Shown here one piece after another: positions 25,349 to 34,324 of a DNA stretch of 54,156 nucleotides. Position numbers and translations under genes: made by a program. The DNA lies in the IMG/VR virus record IMGVR_UViG_3300025608_000549, positions 1-54,156 of that record, one strand, 5' to 3'. Position 1 is the first letter of the stretch. Each line of letters opens with the position of its first letter. Below the pieces are notes generated by a model. That model saw nothing but the letters and a program-made list of their open reading frames with translations, made no database searches and was not told the origin of the DNA. The DNA comes from a virus (lineage: Duplodnaviria > Caudoviricetes).

Positions 25349-25548
25349 TTGACATTACAACAAGATTAAAAGAGTATGTGTTACATTTTAAATGTCCATC
25401 AGTTGTAACACTTAAAGGCTCTGTTGATATTCACTTTGAACTTAGTGACAGCGAAGGAACTGCTTGGGTAAAAGCTAAAAGCAAAGATGAAGCAAAACAA
25501 AAAGTACACAAAGCAATTAGCGTAACGGAGTGGATTAATGATTCTTAG
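25336..25548 (+). CDS. Hypothetical protein
   Basis: 70 aa, overlapping neighbours. Confidence 0.65.
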   Translation: MADIIDITTRLKEYVLHFKCPSVVTLKGSVDIHFELSDSEGTAWVKAKSKDEAKQKVHKAISVTEWINDS

Positions 25549-26041
25549 ATTGCTAGAAAAACTAGGTCGCAAGCGTGTAATTACAGACAGAGACGGAAAG
25601 ATTCCATATCTTATCCGTTATTATGTGTTTTTAAAAGAACGTAAAAACTTTCCTTTTAACATTACACTACACAAAGTTCTTGTTAGTGACGAACCTACAC
25701 TACACGATCATCCTTGGGGATACGCTACACTTATTCTTAAAGGTGGTTATTGGGAACACATTCCGCTTTTCAATCACACAACCGGTGGCGTTGTGGGTAG
25801 TACCAAAGTATGGCGTGGACCTGGACACTTCCGTATGCGTTCAGCAGACGACTTACATTGGTTAGAACTTGCCAAGGACGAAAACGGTAACGAAATTCCA
25901 TGTTGGAGTTTGTTCTTTATGGGACGAAAACAAAAGGAATGGGGTTTTATGCCTTTTATTAAGAAAGGTGATATTATGGAACGTGGATACAAATGGGTCC
26001 ACAATGAAGAATATTTGGCTCGAGGAGCAAAGGATGATTAA
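25538..26041 (+). CDS. Cupin-fold metalloprotein
   Basis: LHDHPW...GGYWEH...LHWLEL cupin metal-binding pattern. Confidence 0.7.
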   Translation: MILRLLEKLGRKRVITDRDGKIPYLIRYYVFLKERKNFPFNITLHKVLVSDEPTLHDHPWGYATLILKGGYWEHIPLFNHTTGGVVGSTKVWRGPGHFRMRSADDLHWLELAKDENGNEIPCWSLFFMGRKQKEWGFMPFIKKGDIMERGYKWVHNEEYLARGAKDD

Positions 26042-26588
26042 GAAGCACTACTACAGTTGGAAACACATTGAAAATATGTGTGTAAGCATTGTCAATCAAA
26101 TGTATAAAGACAATTGGCGTCCTGATTATATTGTAGGTCTTACACGTGGTGGTAACGTGCCAGCTACTATTATTAGTAACATGACAGGTATTCGCTGTGA
26201 AGCACTAAAAGTTAGTCTGCGTGACGATGATAGCCATTGTGAAAGCAACTGTTGGATGTCTGAAGATGCGTTTGGTTATGTTTATAAAGATGAAGATAAA
26301 ATTACCGGCGGGCCTTTAGAAAAGAAAATCCTTATTGTAGATGACATCAACGATACTGGTGCTACGTTTAACTGGATTAAACAAGATTGGCAAGGTAGTT
26401 GCTTGCCTAACGATCCTAAATGGGAACGTATATGGCATAGTAATGTTCGATTTGCTACATTAACTGATAATCTAGCAAGTGAATTTAATGGCAGGGTGGA
26501 TTATACTGTTCACGAAATTAACAAAGCCGAGGACGATGTCTGGTTAGTTTACCCTTGGGAAAACGTAGGAGAGTATTATGGCAACTGA
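26034..26588 (+). CDS. Type I purine phosphoribosyltransferase (Gpt/XGPRT-like); start revised
   Basis: IVGLTRGG, PRPP loop ILIVDDINDTGAT, WLVYPWE; SD GAGGAG before ATG 26034. Confidence 0.88.
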   Translation: MIKKHYYSWKHIENMCVSIVNQMYKDNWRPDYIVGLTRGGNVPATIISNMTGIRCEALKVSLRDDDSHCESNCWMSEDAFGYVYKDEDKITGGPLEKKILIVDDINDTGATFNWIKQDWQGSCLPNDPKWERIWHSNVRFATLTDNLASEFNGRVDYTVHEINKAEDDVWLVYPWENVGEYYGN

Positions 26589-26808
26589 ACATGATAAAAC
26601 CTGTACAGTAACTTGTACAGATAATAGTCGAACAATAGAAGCTGATGTTGATCGATTTGAAAGAAATAAATTTGTTGATATATACATGGCACAAAACAAA
26701 ATTAAAATGGTTTGGAATGGAAAAGTATATGTAGGCAATAAGATGGGCATGGAGTTTACTACACCAGGTCCTAGAGAGTATCAAATCAATAGAGGTAGAG
26801 GTTTCTAA
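26578..26808 (+). CDS. Hypothetical protein
   Basis: 76 aa; SD AGGAG. Confidence 0.7.
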   Translation: MATEHDKTCTVTCTDNSRTIEADVDRFERNKFVDIYMAQNKIKMVWNGKVYVGNKMGMEFTTPGPREYQINRGRGF

Positions 26809-27167
26809 TGGAATTCAAAGACGTTCCGTGGACAGATGTTTTGATTGATACTAGAGATTTTACCGTATTCAAAGACGGCTTTCCAGTAACAGAAGGGCAT
26901 GTATTGTTTGTTCCTAAGATAGCAGATTGGGAGAACTTGGCAAAGTGTTATAAAGCCGCTTACGCATGGGGTTACGATTGGGTAGAAAAGGGTTACTGCG
27001 ATGCTTATAACATTGGGCAGAACATCGGTGAAGAAGCAGGTCAGACTATTATGTGGCCACATGTACATTTAATTCCAAGACGCAAAGGTGATATGGAAGA
27101 TCCACGAGGCGGTGTACGTCACGTAATACCAGAAAAAGGCAACTATAGAAAAGGAGAAGAACAATGA
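26808..27167 (+). CDS. HIT-family nucleotide hydrolase
   Basis: FPVTEGHVLFVPK, AGQTIMWPHVHLIPR; first His of the HxHxH triad replaced by Trp. Confidence 0.88.
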   Translation: MEFKDVPWTDVLIDTRDFTVFKDGFPVTEGHVLFVPKIADWENLAKCYKAAYAWGYDWVEKGYCDAYNIGQNIGEEAGQTIMWPHVHLIPRRKGDMEDPRGGVRHVIPEKGNYRKGEEQ

Positions 27168-27385
27168 GTTCACTAGCAAAAGAATACAATCGAGATAACA
27201 TGATCGAAGCAATTAAAAATCACGCAAAAGGACACATTGCTAAACACGCAATGAATGTCGAAGTGTTTCTTAAAAATTCAGCAGGTGTCGGAGAACATCC
27301 AGACATCTTAGAAGCAATCGAAAAAGAGCTTAACATTATTGCTGAATATCACGATCAAATTGAAGTACTAGAAAAATATTTCTAA
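27164..27385 (+). CDS. Hypothetical phage protein
   Basis: 73 aa; SD AGGAG. Confidence 0.7.
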   Translation: MSSLAKEYNRDNMIEAIKNHAKGHIAKHAMNVEVFLKNSAGVGEHPDILEAIEKELNIIAEYHDQIEVLEKYF

Positions 27386-27386
27386 T

Positions 27387-28202
27387 ATGAAAAAAACTTT
27401 ATTCATAGGCGATAGTCATACTTGCGGTTACGATAGTATACCAGGCGAAACAGGCGAAGGTAGTTATTCTATTTGGAATGACAATAACTATGCTGATCAA
27501 TATGCTTTGTTACACAATAAGCCTTCGATTGTTTACGCTATGTCTGGAGCAACAAACAACGTTTACAAAGACTGGTTAATTTCTACAATAAAAGAAAATG
27601 ATATTGATGAAGTCTTTGTATTGCTTGCGCCGTTAAACAGATTTATTATCGCCTATGATAAAACTCTTGGAAAGACAATTATTGATCCAGATCATTTTAA
27701 GTTACACTTTGGCACTAAACATAACGGACTAGTAGATATTTACTACGACGATGTAATCAAAGACGATGCGTTTCAATTGTTCAACAAACCACACGCAGGT
27801 GATTTTAATTTTCCTGGTCTAGGGTTTAGTTATGAAGAAGGATTAACTAATCCAGATATTCGAAAAAGTAGTTTCATGGAAATCAAGACTTTCTTTGATT
27901 TAAACACGCATCTCGAATATAGGCAATTATTCCAAGACATATATACATGGGACAATATTTGTCACGACGCAGGCGCTAATCTTTATATCTTTAATATAAC
28001 AGATAGGTCCCAGTTACCTAAATATAATGACTATTATGGTAAACTAAAAGCAACTAAAATTTCAGATGTATCTGTAGAAAAATATTTTTCTAAGAAGTAT
28101 ATAGATCATAAAAAATATCATACTGCTGATAACGAACATTACAATACAGAATACCATAAACTTATATCAGGAGACTTTTTAAGTTGGTTAAAAACATACT
28201 AA
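27387..28202 (+). CDS. SGNH/GDSL hydrolase-like protein
   Basis: FIGDSHT block I; DNEH (DxxH) near C-terminus. Confidence 0.65.
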   Translation: MKKTLFIGDSHTCGYDSIPGETGEGSYSIWNDNNYADQYALLHNKPSIVYAMSGATNNVYKDWLISTIKENDIDEVFVLLAPLNRFIIAYDKTLGKTIIDPDHFKLHFGTKHNGLVDIYYDDVIKDDAFQLFNKPHAGDFNFPGLGFSYEEGLTNPDIRKSSFMEIKTFFDLNTHLEYRQLFQDIYTWDNICHDAGANLYIFNITDRSQLPKYNDYYGKLKATKISDVSVEKYFSKKYIDHKKYHTADNEHYNTEYHKLISGDFLSWLKTY

Positions 28203-28777
28203 TTGCCGGTGATAGTTTTGCGGCTAGGTATCCTAATGATACAGGATTAGGATGGCCTTTATTAATGCGTGAGTATTATAACATTGTTAATGTAGCACAA
28301 GCAGGTGTGAGCGAATATAAAATTTTAAAACAATTAAAAAACATATCAAATATTGGATACTTTGGTGCTGTAATTATTTGTCATACAAGTCCATATAGAG
28401 TACACACTAGACAAAGTATTCATAACACAGAATTACACAAAGACTGCGATCTTTTACTTTCCGATGTAGAAGCAAAAAAGTTTACATTAAATCCAGCAGT
28501 GAGATCAGCTAAAGGATACTTTAATCATCATTTTGATCCTGATTATTACGAAGAAATATATAATCTACTTAGAAAAGAAATAAGTGATGTAACTAGATAT
28601 GTTCCAACATTACATATCGATCATTTTGATTCTTCGTTAAAATACGCCCACGAAAAAAACAAACTTGACCTTTCAAGACTATGGCCTGATTTTAGAGGAA
28701 ATATTAATCATTATACAGCCCACGGAAATCAAATAGTCTATGAAACTATCTTAGAAAAATTAAAGGAGTTAAAATGA
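28184..28777 (+). CDS. SGNH/GDSL hydrolase-like protein
   Basis: IAGDSF block I, NVAQAG block II, NHY..HGN near C-terminus. Confidence 0.65.
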   Translation: MVKNILIAGDSFAARYPNDTGLGWPLLMREYYNIVNVAQAGVSEYKILKQLKNISNIGYFGAVIICHTSPYRVHTRQSIHNTELHKDCDLLLSDVEAKKFTLNPAVRSAKGYFNHHFDPDYYEEIYNLLRKEISDVTRYVPTLHIDHFDSSLKYAHEKNKLDLSRLWPDFRGNINHYTAHGNQIVYETILEKLKELK

Positions 28778-28977
28778 GCGAGTATCCAAAAAGTCATGGC
28801 AATAATCAATGGACTATTCAGGTTCAAGAAAACAATAAAACAAAAGAATTGTTTATCGAACTACCCCCTGAAGCACTAGCACAGGTCGGTTGGGATATTG
28901 GAGATCAACTGTTATGGGAAGAATTGCCACACGGTGCTTGGCAATTAACCAAAAAAGATGTTGACAAAAACAGTTAA
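28774..28977 (+). CDS. AbrB/SpoVT/MazE-like DNA-binding protein
   Basis: LFIELPPEALAQVGWDIGDQLLW swapped-hairpin pattern. Confidence 0.7.
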   Translation: MSEYPKSHGNNQWTIQVQENNKTKELFIELPPEALAQVGWDIGDQLLWEELPHGAWQLTKKDVDKNS

Positions 28978-28989
28978 AAAAGGTATAAT
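28961..28989 (+). promoter_or_regulatory. Perfect sigma70 consensus TTGACA-N17-TATAAT for queE
   Basis: -10 ends 6 nt before ATG 28996. Confidence 0.85.
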
Positions 28990-28995
28990 AGTAAA

Positions 28996-29916
28996 ATGAC
29001 AATAGCAACTGACAAGAAATATTATTATAGCGAAATCTTTCACAGTATTCAAGGCGAAGGACATTACACAGGTGTTCCTACTGCTTGGATACGTTTTTTC
29101 TTGTGTAATTTACAATGTAATGGATTTGGACAAATTGATCCTACTAATCCAGAAACATATGAATTGCCTTTTGAAAAGTTTGATACTAGCACAGTTAATC
29201 GTGTAGAGGACTTGCCTGTTTGGGACAAAGGATGTGATAGTTCTTATACTTGGAGCAAAAAGTTTAAACATCTAATGGGACATAAGACAGCTATTGAACT
29301 TGCTCACGAAATTAGAAACACATTAAAAACAGACAGTAATCCAGAAGGGTTATTCCTACATCCTGTAACAAAACAACGACAGCATTTTTGTGTTACAGGA
29401 GGCGAACCTTTAATGAAACACGCACAGGAAGCATTCATTGGTATCATGTGTGAATTTGCTAGACTAGGCGACATGCCAGCAAGTGTTACATTTGAAACAA
29501 ATGGTACACAACCTCTTACACAAGAGTTTATGGACTTTTGGCATGTAGATAATAGCGTTACAAAAGATGTTGAATTATTCTTTAGTGTAAGTCCTAAACT
29601 ATGGAGTGTGGCAGGTGAACAAGCAAAGAAAGCAATTAAGCCTGAAACAGTAGCACAATATAGAAGTTTATCTGAAAAAGGTCAACTAAAGTTTGTTGTA
29701 GGCGGTGAACAACAACAGTGGGACGAAATGGAAGATGTTGTCTCACAATTCAAAGCACAAGGAGTAGACTACCCAGTTTGGGTTATGCCTGTCGGTGCTA
29801 GAGAAGAAGAACAAACTGCAACAGCCGGTGCTGTTGCTAAAAAAGCATTTGAACGAGGATACAATGTTGCGGCTAGAGTACATGTATACTTGTTCGGAAA
29901 CGCAATTGGAACATAA
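28996..29916 (+). CDS. queE: 7-carboxy-7-deazaguanine synthase (radical SAM)
   Basis: SEIFHSIQGEG, IRF..CNLQC...GCDS, VTGGEPL, ETNGT, SVSPKL, RVHVYLFG. Confidence 0.92.
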   Translation: MTIATDKKYYYSEIFHSIQGEGHYTGVPTAWIRFFLCNLQCNGFGQIDPTNPETYELPFEKFDTSTVNRVEDLPVWDKGCDSSYTWSKKFKHLMGHKTAIELAHEIRNTLKTDSNPEGLFLHPVTKQRQHFCVTGGEPLMKHAQEAFIGIMCEFARLGDMPASVTFETNGTQPLTQEFMDFWHVDNSVTKDVELFFSVSPKLWSVAGEQAKKAIKPETVAQYRSLSEKGQLKFVVGGEQQQWDEMEDVVSQFKAQGVDYPVWVMPVGAREEEQTATAGAVAKKAFERGYNVAARVHVYLFGNAIGT

Positions 29917-29926
29917 GGAAAATAAT

Positions 29927-30316
29927 ATGGGATGGTGGAACAAACTCGTAAGAGATAAAAAAGACAAAGATACGTCAACTACAAAATCTCCTCAAGATCA
30001 ATACCGAGAGATTTTAGAAAAACAAAAGAAGGCGGCAACAAAGAAAAAAGAACCCTGGGTTGCTGTATTAGATACGCAAGTTAATCCTGAAAACATTCGC
30101 AACGGTTTCTTTGAACTTGACTGGAATGAATATTTTGTTAATAAATTAAGAAAAGAAGGCTATGGATATGATGGCGATCCTGAAGAAGAAATTGTGGATC
30201 GTTGGTTTAAAGACCTTGCTAGAAACGTTTTAGAAGATGAAGGACAAAATTCTAAAGTCGACGCTGGTTATATTAATGTAGTTCCGATTGATAAAGGTAA
30301 GTCTGAAGTTTCATGA
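29927..30316 (+). CDS. Hypothetical phage protein (start revised to MGWWNK)
   Basis: SD AAGGA before ATG 29927; FFELDWN..F motif. Confidence 0.75.
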   Translation: MGWWNKLVRDKKDKDTSTTKSPQDQYREILEKQKKAATKKKEPWVAVLDTQVNPENIRNGFFELDWNEYFVNKLRKEGYGYDGDPEEEIVDRWFKDLARNVLEDEGQNSKVDAGYINVVPIDKGKSEVS

Positions 30317-30723
30317 TGCGTGACGATTTAATGGTACAACAGCAAGTATCCACTGTATGGCAACATATGGTAGGCGTTATCTGTTTGAATCAAACAAACC
30401 GTAAACAAGTTAAAGCAGTTTTACCAAAACTATTCTTAGTATGTCCGACTCCAGAGGAATTACTTAGAACTCCAGATCATATTATTAAAGAGTTAATTAA
30501 GCCGCTTGGAATGGTAAATGTTCGTGAAAAGCGTCTACGTCAGATGTCAAAAGATTACTTGACTTGGGACGGAGAAGATGCTACAATGTTATATGGAATT
30601 GGGAAATACGGTAGTGATAGTTATCGGCTTTTCTATAAGAATGAGATCCCCGAAAATATTGGTGATCATGAACTCAAACGATATGTGGAAGAAGAATTAA
30701 ATGGCAACTTACATACTAGTTGA
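30313..30723 (+). CDS. HhH-GPD DNA glycosylase, MBD4-like
   Basis: W..MVGVICLNQT, PLG, LYGIGKYGSDSYRLF, DHEL..Y resemble the MBD4 glycosylase domain. Confidence 0.8.
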   Translation: MMRDDLMVQQQVSTVWQHMVGVICLNQTNRKQVKAVLPKLFLVCPTPEELLRTPDHIIKELIKPLGMVNVREKRLRQMSKDYLTWDGEDATMLYGIGKYGSDSYRLFYKNEIPENIGDHELKRYVEEELNGNLHTS

Positions 30724-31690
30724 TACAGCAAACACTTTCTTTAGAGCACGACACGTAGTACGTGGCGATGCTGATATTAAGATCGGAATGGCTTTTCATA
30801 TTACACTTAGCAGTATTATTAAGGCATGGCAAGACTTTAAAGGTGATCATGTTGTATTTTGCTTAGAAGGACGTAGTTGGCGTAAGGATCATTATGCTCC
30901 GTACAAACGCAATCGACAAGAAACTCGCGATGCTCTAACAGCACGTGAACAAGAAGAAGATAAATTGTTTTGGGAAGCATTTGACACATTTAAAGACTTT
31001 ATAGCAGATAAAACAAACTGTACTGTATTACAAAATTCTGTGTTAGAAGCAGATGATTTGATTGCTGGATGGGTTCAAAGTCATCCTCAAGACGATCATG
31101 TTATTATTTCTACAGATAGCGACTTTGCTCAACTTATTGCTCCTAATGTTAAGCAATATAACGGTGTTGCTAATATGACAATTACACACGAAGGTTACTT
31201 TGATGACAAAGGCAAAGAAGTTATTGACAAAAAGACAAAAGAACCCAAGGCAGCACCTGACCCGCAATGGTTGCTTTTTGAGAAGTGTATGCGAGGCGAC
31301 ACAAGCGACAACGTTTTTTCAGCATATCCAGGTGTGCGTAAGAAAGGTACTAAGAACAAAGTAGGGCTTATTGAAGCATACGAAGACAAGGATACAAAAG
31401 GGTTTAATTGGAATAATCTTATGCTTCAGCGTTGGGTTGATCATAACGGCGAAGAGCATCGTGTACTAGATGACTACAATCGTAACCGTGTATTAATTGA
31501 CTTGGCGGCACAGCCTGATGAAATAAAAGAACAAATTGCTACAACTATAGCAAGCAGTACAGATAATCCTAAAAATATTAATCAAGTGGGTATCAGACTT
31601 ATGAAGTTTTGTAATTTGTTTGATCTACAGAAGATCGCAGATCAAGCACAACGTTATGCTGAGCCACTAAATGCGAGGTATCCGAAATGA
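30701..31690 (+). CDS. rnh: T4 RNase H-like 5'-3' exonuclease (FEN family)
   Basis: LVDTAN, SWRK...YKRNR, EADDLI, STDSDFAQL, GDTSDNV. Confidence 0.92.
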   Translation: MATYILVDTANTFFRARHVVRGDADIKIGMAFHITLSSIIKAWQDFKGDHVVFCLEGRSWRKDHYAPYKRNRQETRDALTAREQEEDKLFWEAFDTFKDFIADKTNCTVLQNSVLEADDLIAGWVQSHPQDDHVIISTDSDFAQLIAPNVKQYNGVANMTITHEGYFDDKGKEVIDKKTKEPKAAPDPQWLLFEKCMRGDTSDNVFSAYPGVRKKGTKNKVGLIEAYEDKDTKGFNWNNLMLQRWVDHNGEEHRVLDDYNRNRVLIDLAAQPDEIKEQIATTIASSTDNPKNINQVGIRLMKFCNLFDLQKIADQAQRYAEPLNARYPK

Positions 31691-32160
31691 CATTACTAAC
31701 AGCTAAACCGATTATTGAAGATAAGTTTTGGATTGTTGAACAAGATGGTGAAAAGTTTGCTACATTACGAAAAGATGAGAATCGTTTTGTAATGAGTAAT
31801 GCTAACGGCGTTCAGTTCTTTCCAAACAGAAAAAGTGTACTACAACATTTTGGTAAAGACTTTTTTGTTGTTAAAATTAAAAAAGAAGCAAACAACGCAG
31901 AGCCAAATGAAGTACATGGATTTCCTACTAGCGCAAATCCTCATAACTCTATGTTTGATATTAAAAAGAAACTACCGTTGTTTACCAAAAGCAAAGATAG
32001 TAAAAGTTTATATTCCGCAGGATACTATGTAATTAGATTCGACAAAGGGTGGGTAAAAAGTTTTTGTCCTAAACTAATTACACTTCAACGCTACGACTTT
32101 AAAGGCCCGTTTAAAACAGAACTAGAAATGCGTCAAGTACTATCAAAGGTTTCAAAATGA
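31687..32160 (+). CDS. Hypothetical phage protein
   Basis: 157 aa, coupled. Confidence 0.75.
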   Translation: MTLLTAKPIIEDKFWIVEQDGEKFATLRKDENRFVMSNANGVQFFPNRKSVLQHFGKDFFVVKIKKEANNAEPNEVHGFPTSANPHNSMFDIKKKLPLFTKSKDSKSLYSAGYYVIRFDKGWVKSFCPKLITLQRYDFKGPFKTELEMRQVLSKVSK

Positions 32161-32399
32161 GCAATTTGCCAGATAGAATGCCCAGTATTGAAAGATTAGT
32201 ACAGCGTATTAGAACTGCTGAAAAAGCCAATCAAAAAGAGATTAAGATTACACTTCAAGAAGGCAAAGAACTTGCGTACGATCTAGCTCTTATTACATCA
32301 AAGCTATCTACAACAATAGCAGAAATAAATCAAAAACTAAAAGAAGTTAATGTAGCAGAACAAAACATTGATGTCAAAATGGATGGCGGCGGCTTCTAA
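32157..32399 (+). CDS. Hypothetical coiled-coil protein
   Basis: 80 aa ending MDGGGF. Confidence 0.7.
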   Translation: MSNLPDRMPSIERLVQRIRTAEKANQKEIKITLQEGKELAYDLALITSKLSTTIAEINQKLKEVNVAEQNIDVKMDGGGF

Positions 32400-32402
32400 G
32401 AA

Positions 32403-32444
32403 GATAAATATATGCGTAGTTAATTAAAAGGATTACGTATATAT
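32403..32444 (+). promoter_or_regulatory. Late promoter GATAAATA with an overlapping start-codon-sequestering hairpin
   Basis: 32408-32420 pairs with 32432-32444 (13 bp, 2 G-U). Confidence 0.65.
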
Positions 32445-32745
32445 GAGTAGACCAAAGCCAAAAATTTTGTTAGAGTTTGCTAACAAAGAAACATATAAAG
32501 TCGAACAGATTCTCGAAGCCGAAGCAATCTGGGCAGTGTTTTACCAAGGTTCTCCTTTCAATTTAAAGAGCGGCAGTCTAGTTACTAGCTATCCTGGTCC
32601 TAAATATAAAAAGGTATCTTTTTCTAATCCAGGTCATGCGCATAATTTGGCTAGAAAATTGAATAGAATGTTTAAAACAGATGCGTTTGAAGTTGTCAAA
32701 CTAACCAAAGGGGAAATTCTCCAAAGCGATGATCAAAAAGGATGA
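32443..32745 (+). CDS. Hypothetical phage protein
   Basis: 100 aa; MSRPKP...PKYKKVSFSNPGHA. Confidence 0.75.
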   Translation: MSRPKPKILLEFANKETYKVEQILEAEAIWAVFYQGSPFNLKSGSLVTSYPGPKYKKVSFSNPGHAHNLARKLNRMFKTDAFEVVKLTKGEILQSDDQKG

Positions 32746-33118
32746 TTATACAAAGAAATTTCTTATTGCCGCTAATCAAACTCCAACAACCGATCTATTA
32801 AAAGAAAAAATCATAGAATGGTGGTACAATATTCGGAGTAAGGATTCTGGCGGCTTACGATTGACGAAAAAAGGCATTGACTTTGCTACAAAAGATGCTA
32901 AAATTAAATCATATACAATAAAGTTTCCAGGAAAGTTCATCATAACACCTCAAATATTAGTGTGGTTAGACAAGTTTATTGAATCACCATACTTCATTAC
33001 TAAAAAAGATATTACTGTATTATCAGAAAGAGCGGCTTTTGAACTGTATCTTTTTAGTGGAGATGTTAAGAAATATGGATACAATAAAGCACTAAGACAA
33101 CGTATGAACCAGGATTAA
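32729..33118 (+). CDS. Hypothetical phage protein
   Basis: 129 aa, overlapping upstream gene. Confidence 0.7.
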   Translation: MIKKDDYTKKFLIAANQTPTTDLLKEKIIEWWYNIRSKDSGGLRLTKKGIDFATKDAKIKSYTIKFPGKFIITPQILVWLDKFIESPYFITKKDITVLSERAAFELYLFSGDVKKYGYNKALRQRMNQD

Positions 33119-33153
33119 GCAATCATTAACTACTATTATTTAAATACAACACT

Positions 33154-33408
33154 ATGTTAGATATATCACCACTAAGCATATTAGGAAAGCGCCAAGTAAA
33201 TTGGATGCCACCTCATTTTCATGTTTATTCACTAGAAGATGTTTTCTTCTGGGATGATCCTATCTGTGATTGGATTGAGAATAAACTTAAGGGAAGATAT
33301 AGTCTAGTTAAAGGAACCAACTCAAAAGGTAGTAGTGTACAAGTTGGTTTCGAAGATGAAAAAGAGTTAACATTTTTTATGTTAGCCTGTCCATACATAA
33401 GGAGTTAA
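33154..33408 (+). CDS. Hypothetical protein
   Basis: 84 aa; TAAATA at 33141-33146. Confidence 0.7.
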   Translation: MLDISPLSILGKRQVNWMPPHFHVYSLEDVFFWDDPICDWIENKLKGRYSLVKGTNSKGSSVQVGFEDEKELTFFMLACPYIRS

Positions 33409-33410
33409 AA

Positions 33411-33695
33411 ATGACAGATCAAACACAACAACCCCAAGCACAACCTGCCGCTGAAGGCGCTGGTGCTGCAGCTGAACTTACAATCAACGATTTGAATGCT
33501 ATTCGTACTATTATCGATGTTGCTTCAACTCGTGGTGCGTTTAGAGGTAACGAACTTGAAGCAGTTGGTAAAACCTTTAATAAACTAAATGCGTTTTTAG
33601 AATCAGTAGCACCTAAAAAAGAAGGTGAAGATGCGCAAGAATCTGCGCAAACAGCACCACAAAATGAACAACCTGCGCAACAACCTGCGCAATAA
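33411..33695 (+). CDS. Hypothetical protein
   Basis: 94 aa; SD AAGGAG; Q/P/A-rich ends. Confidence 0.75.
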   Translation: MTDQTQQPQAQPAAEGAGAAAELTINDLNAIRTIIDVASTRGAFRGNELEAVGKTFNKLNAFLESVAPKKEGEDAQESAQTAPQNEQPAQQPAQ

Positions 33696-33706
33696 GGAGA
33701 AACATC

Positions 33707-34324
33707 ATGGCTATGAAACATACAGGTAAAATGAAAAACAATGGAGCGAAAGTGCTAGTAGCATATCGCACATTGCCTGGAGAATCAGATAGTGCTCTTG
33801 TAGTAGACGTAGCTCGCTTATCAGACGCACAACACGACGAGCTTATGAAAGTCGTTGAGAGTAATCAAGCACAAACAGCAAACGAACTCGCTGACGTACT
33901 TTCAAGACGGTATTTTCCAGATGGACGTCAGATGCTTACAGCATTACATACCGACGGAAAACTTAAGAAAGTCGGAACTAGCGGTGTATTAATGACACCT
34001 ACTACATCTGCTACTGTTGTTCTTTCTGAATTGAATCAAATGATTGCTGAACAAAAAGGCGTAACTGTTGATCAGTTAGCAGTTTCTGAAACAGAGCAAA
34101 CAGTTGCTACTGCTAAGGAAACACCTTCTACACCAGAAGATATTGTTGAGCCAGCACGTGATCCTAATGAACCGTTATCGGATGAGGACCTAGCAAAATC
34201 ATATCGTTCGCAAGCAGATCGTTTGAGCAAGGAAGCCGCGGCTTTACGTAGACAAGCAGAAGAACTAGTTCCTACAAAGAAAAAGCCTACTGCTAAGAAA
34301 AAAGAAGCAGATGTAAGTGCATAA
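33707..34324 (+). CDS. Hypothetical phage protein
   Basis: 205 aa; SD AAGGAG. Confidence 0.75.
   Translation: MAMKHTGKMKNNGAKVLVAYRTLPGESDSALVVDVARLSDAQHDELMKVVESNQAQTANELADVLSRRYFPDGRQMLTALHTDGKLKKVGTSGVLMTPTTSATVVLSELNQMIAEQKGVTVDQLAVSETEQTVATAKETPSTPEDIVEPARDPNEPLSDEDLAKSYRSQADRLSKEAAALRRQAEELVPTKKKPTAKKKEADVSA

Noticed and set aside
28774-28977. Toxin-antitoxin module (MazE-like)
   Set aside because: No adjacent toxin-like ORF; neighbours are SGNH-like and queE
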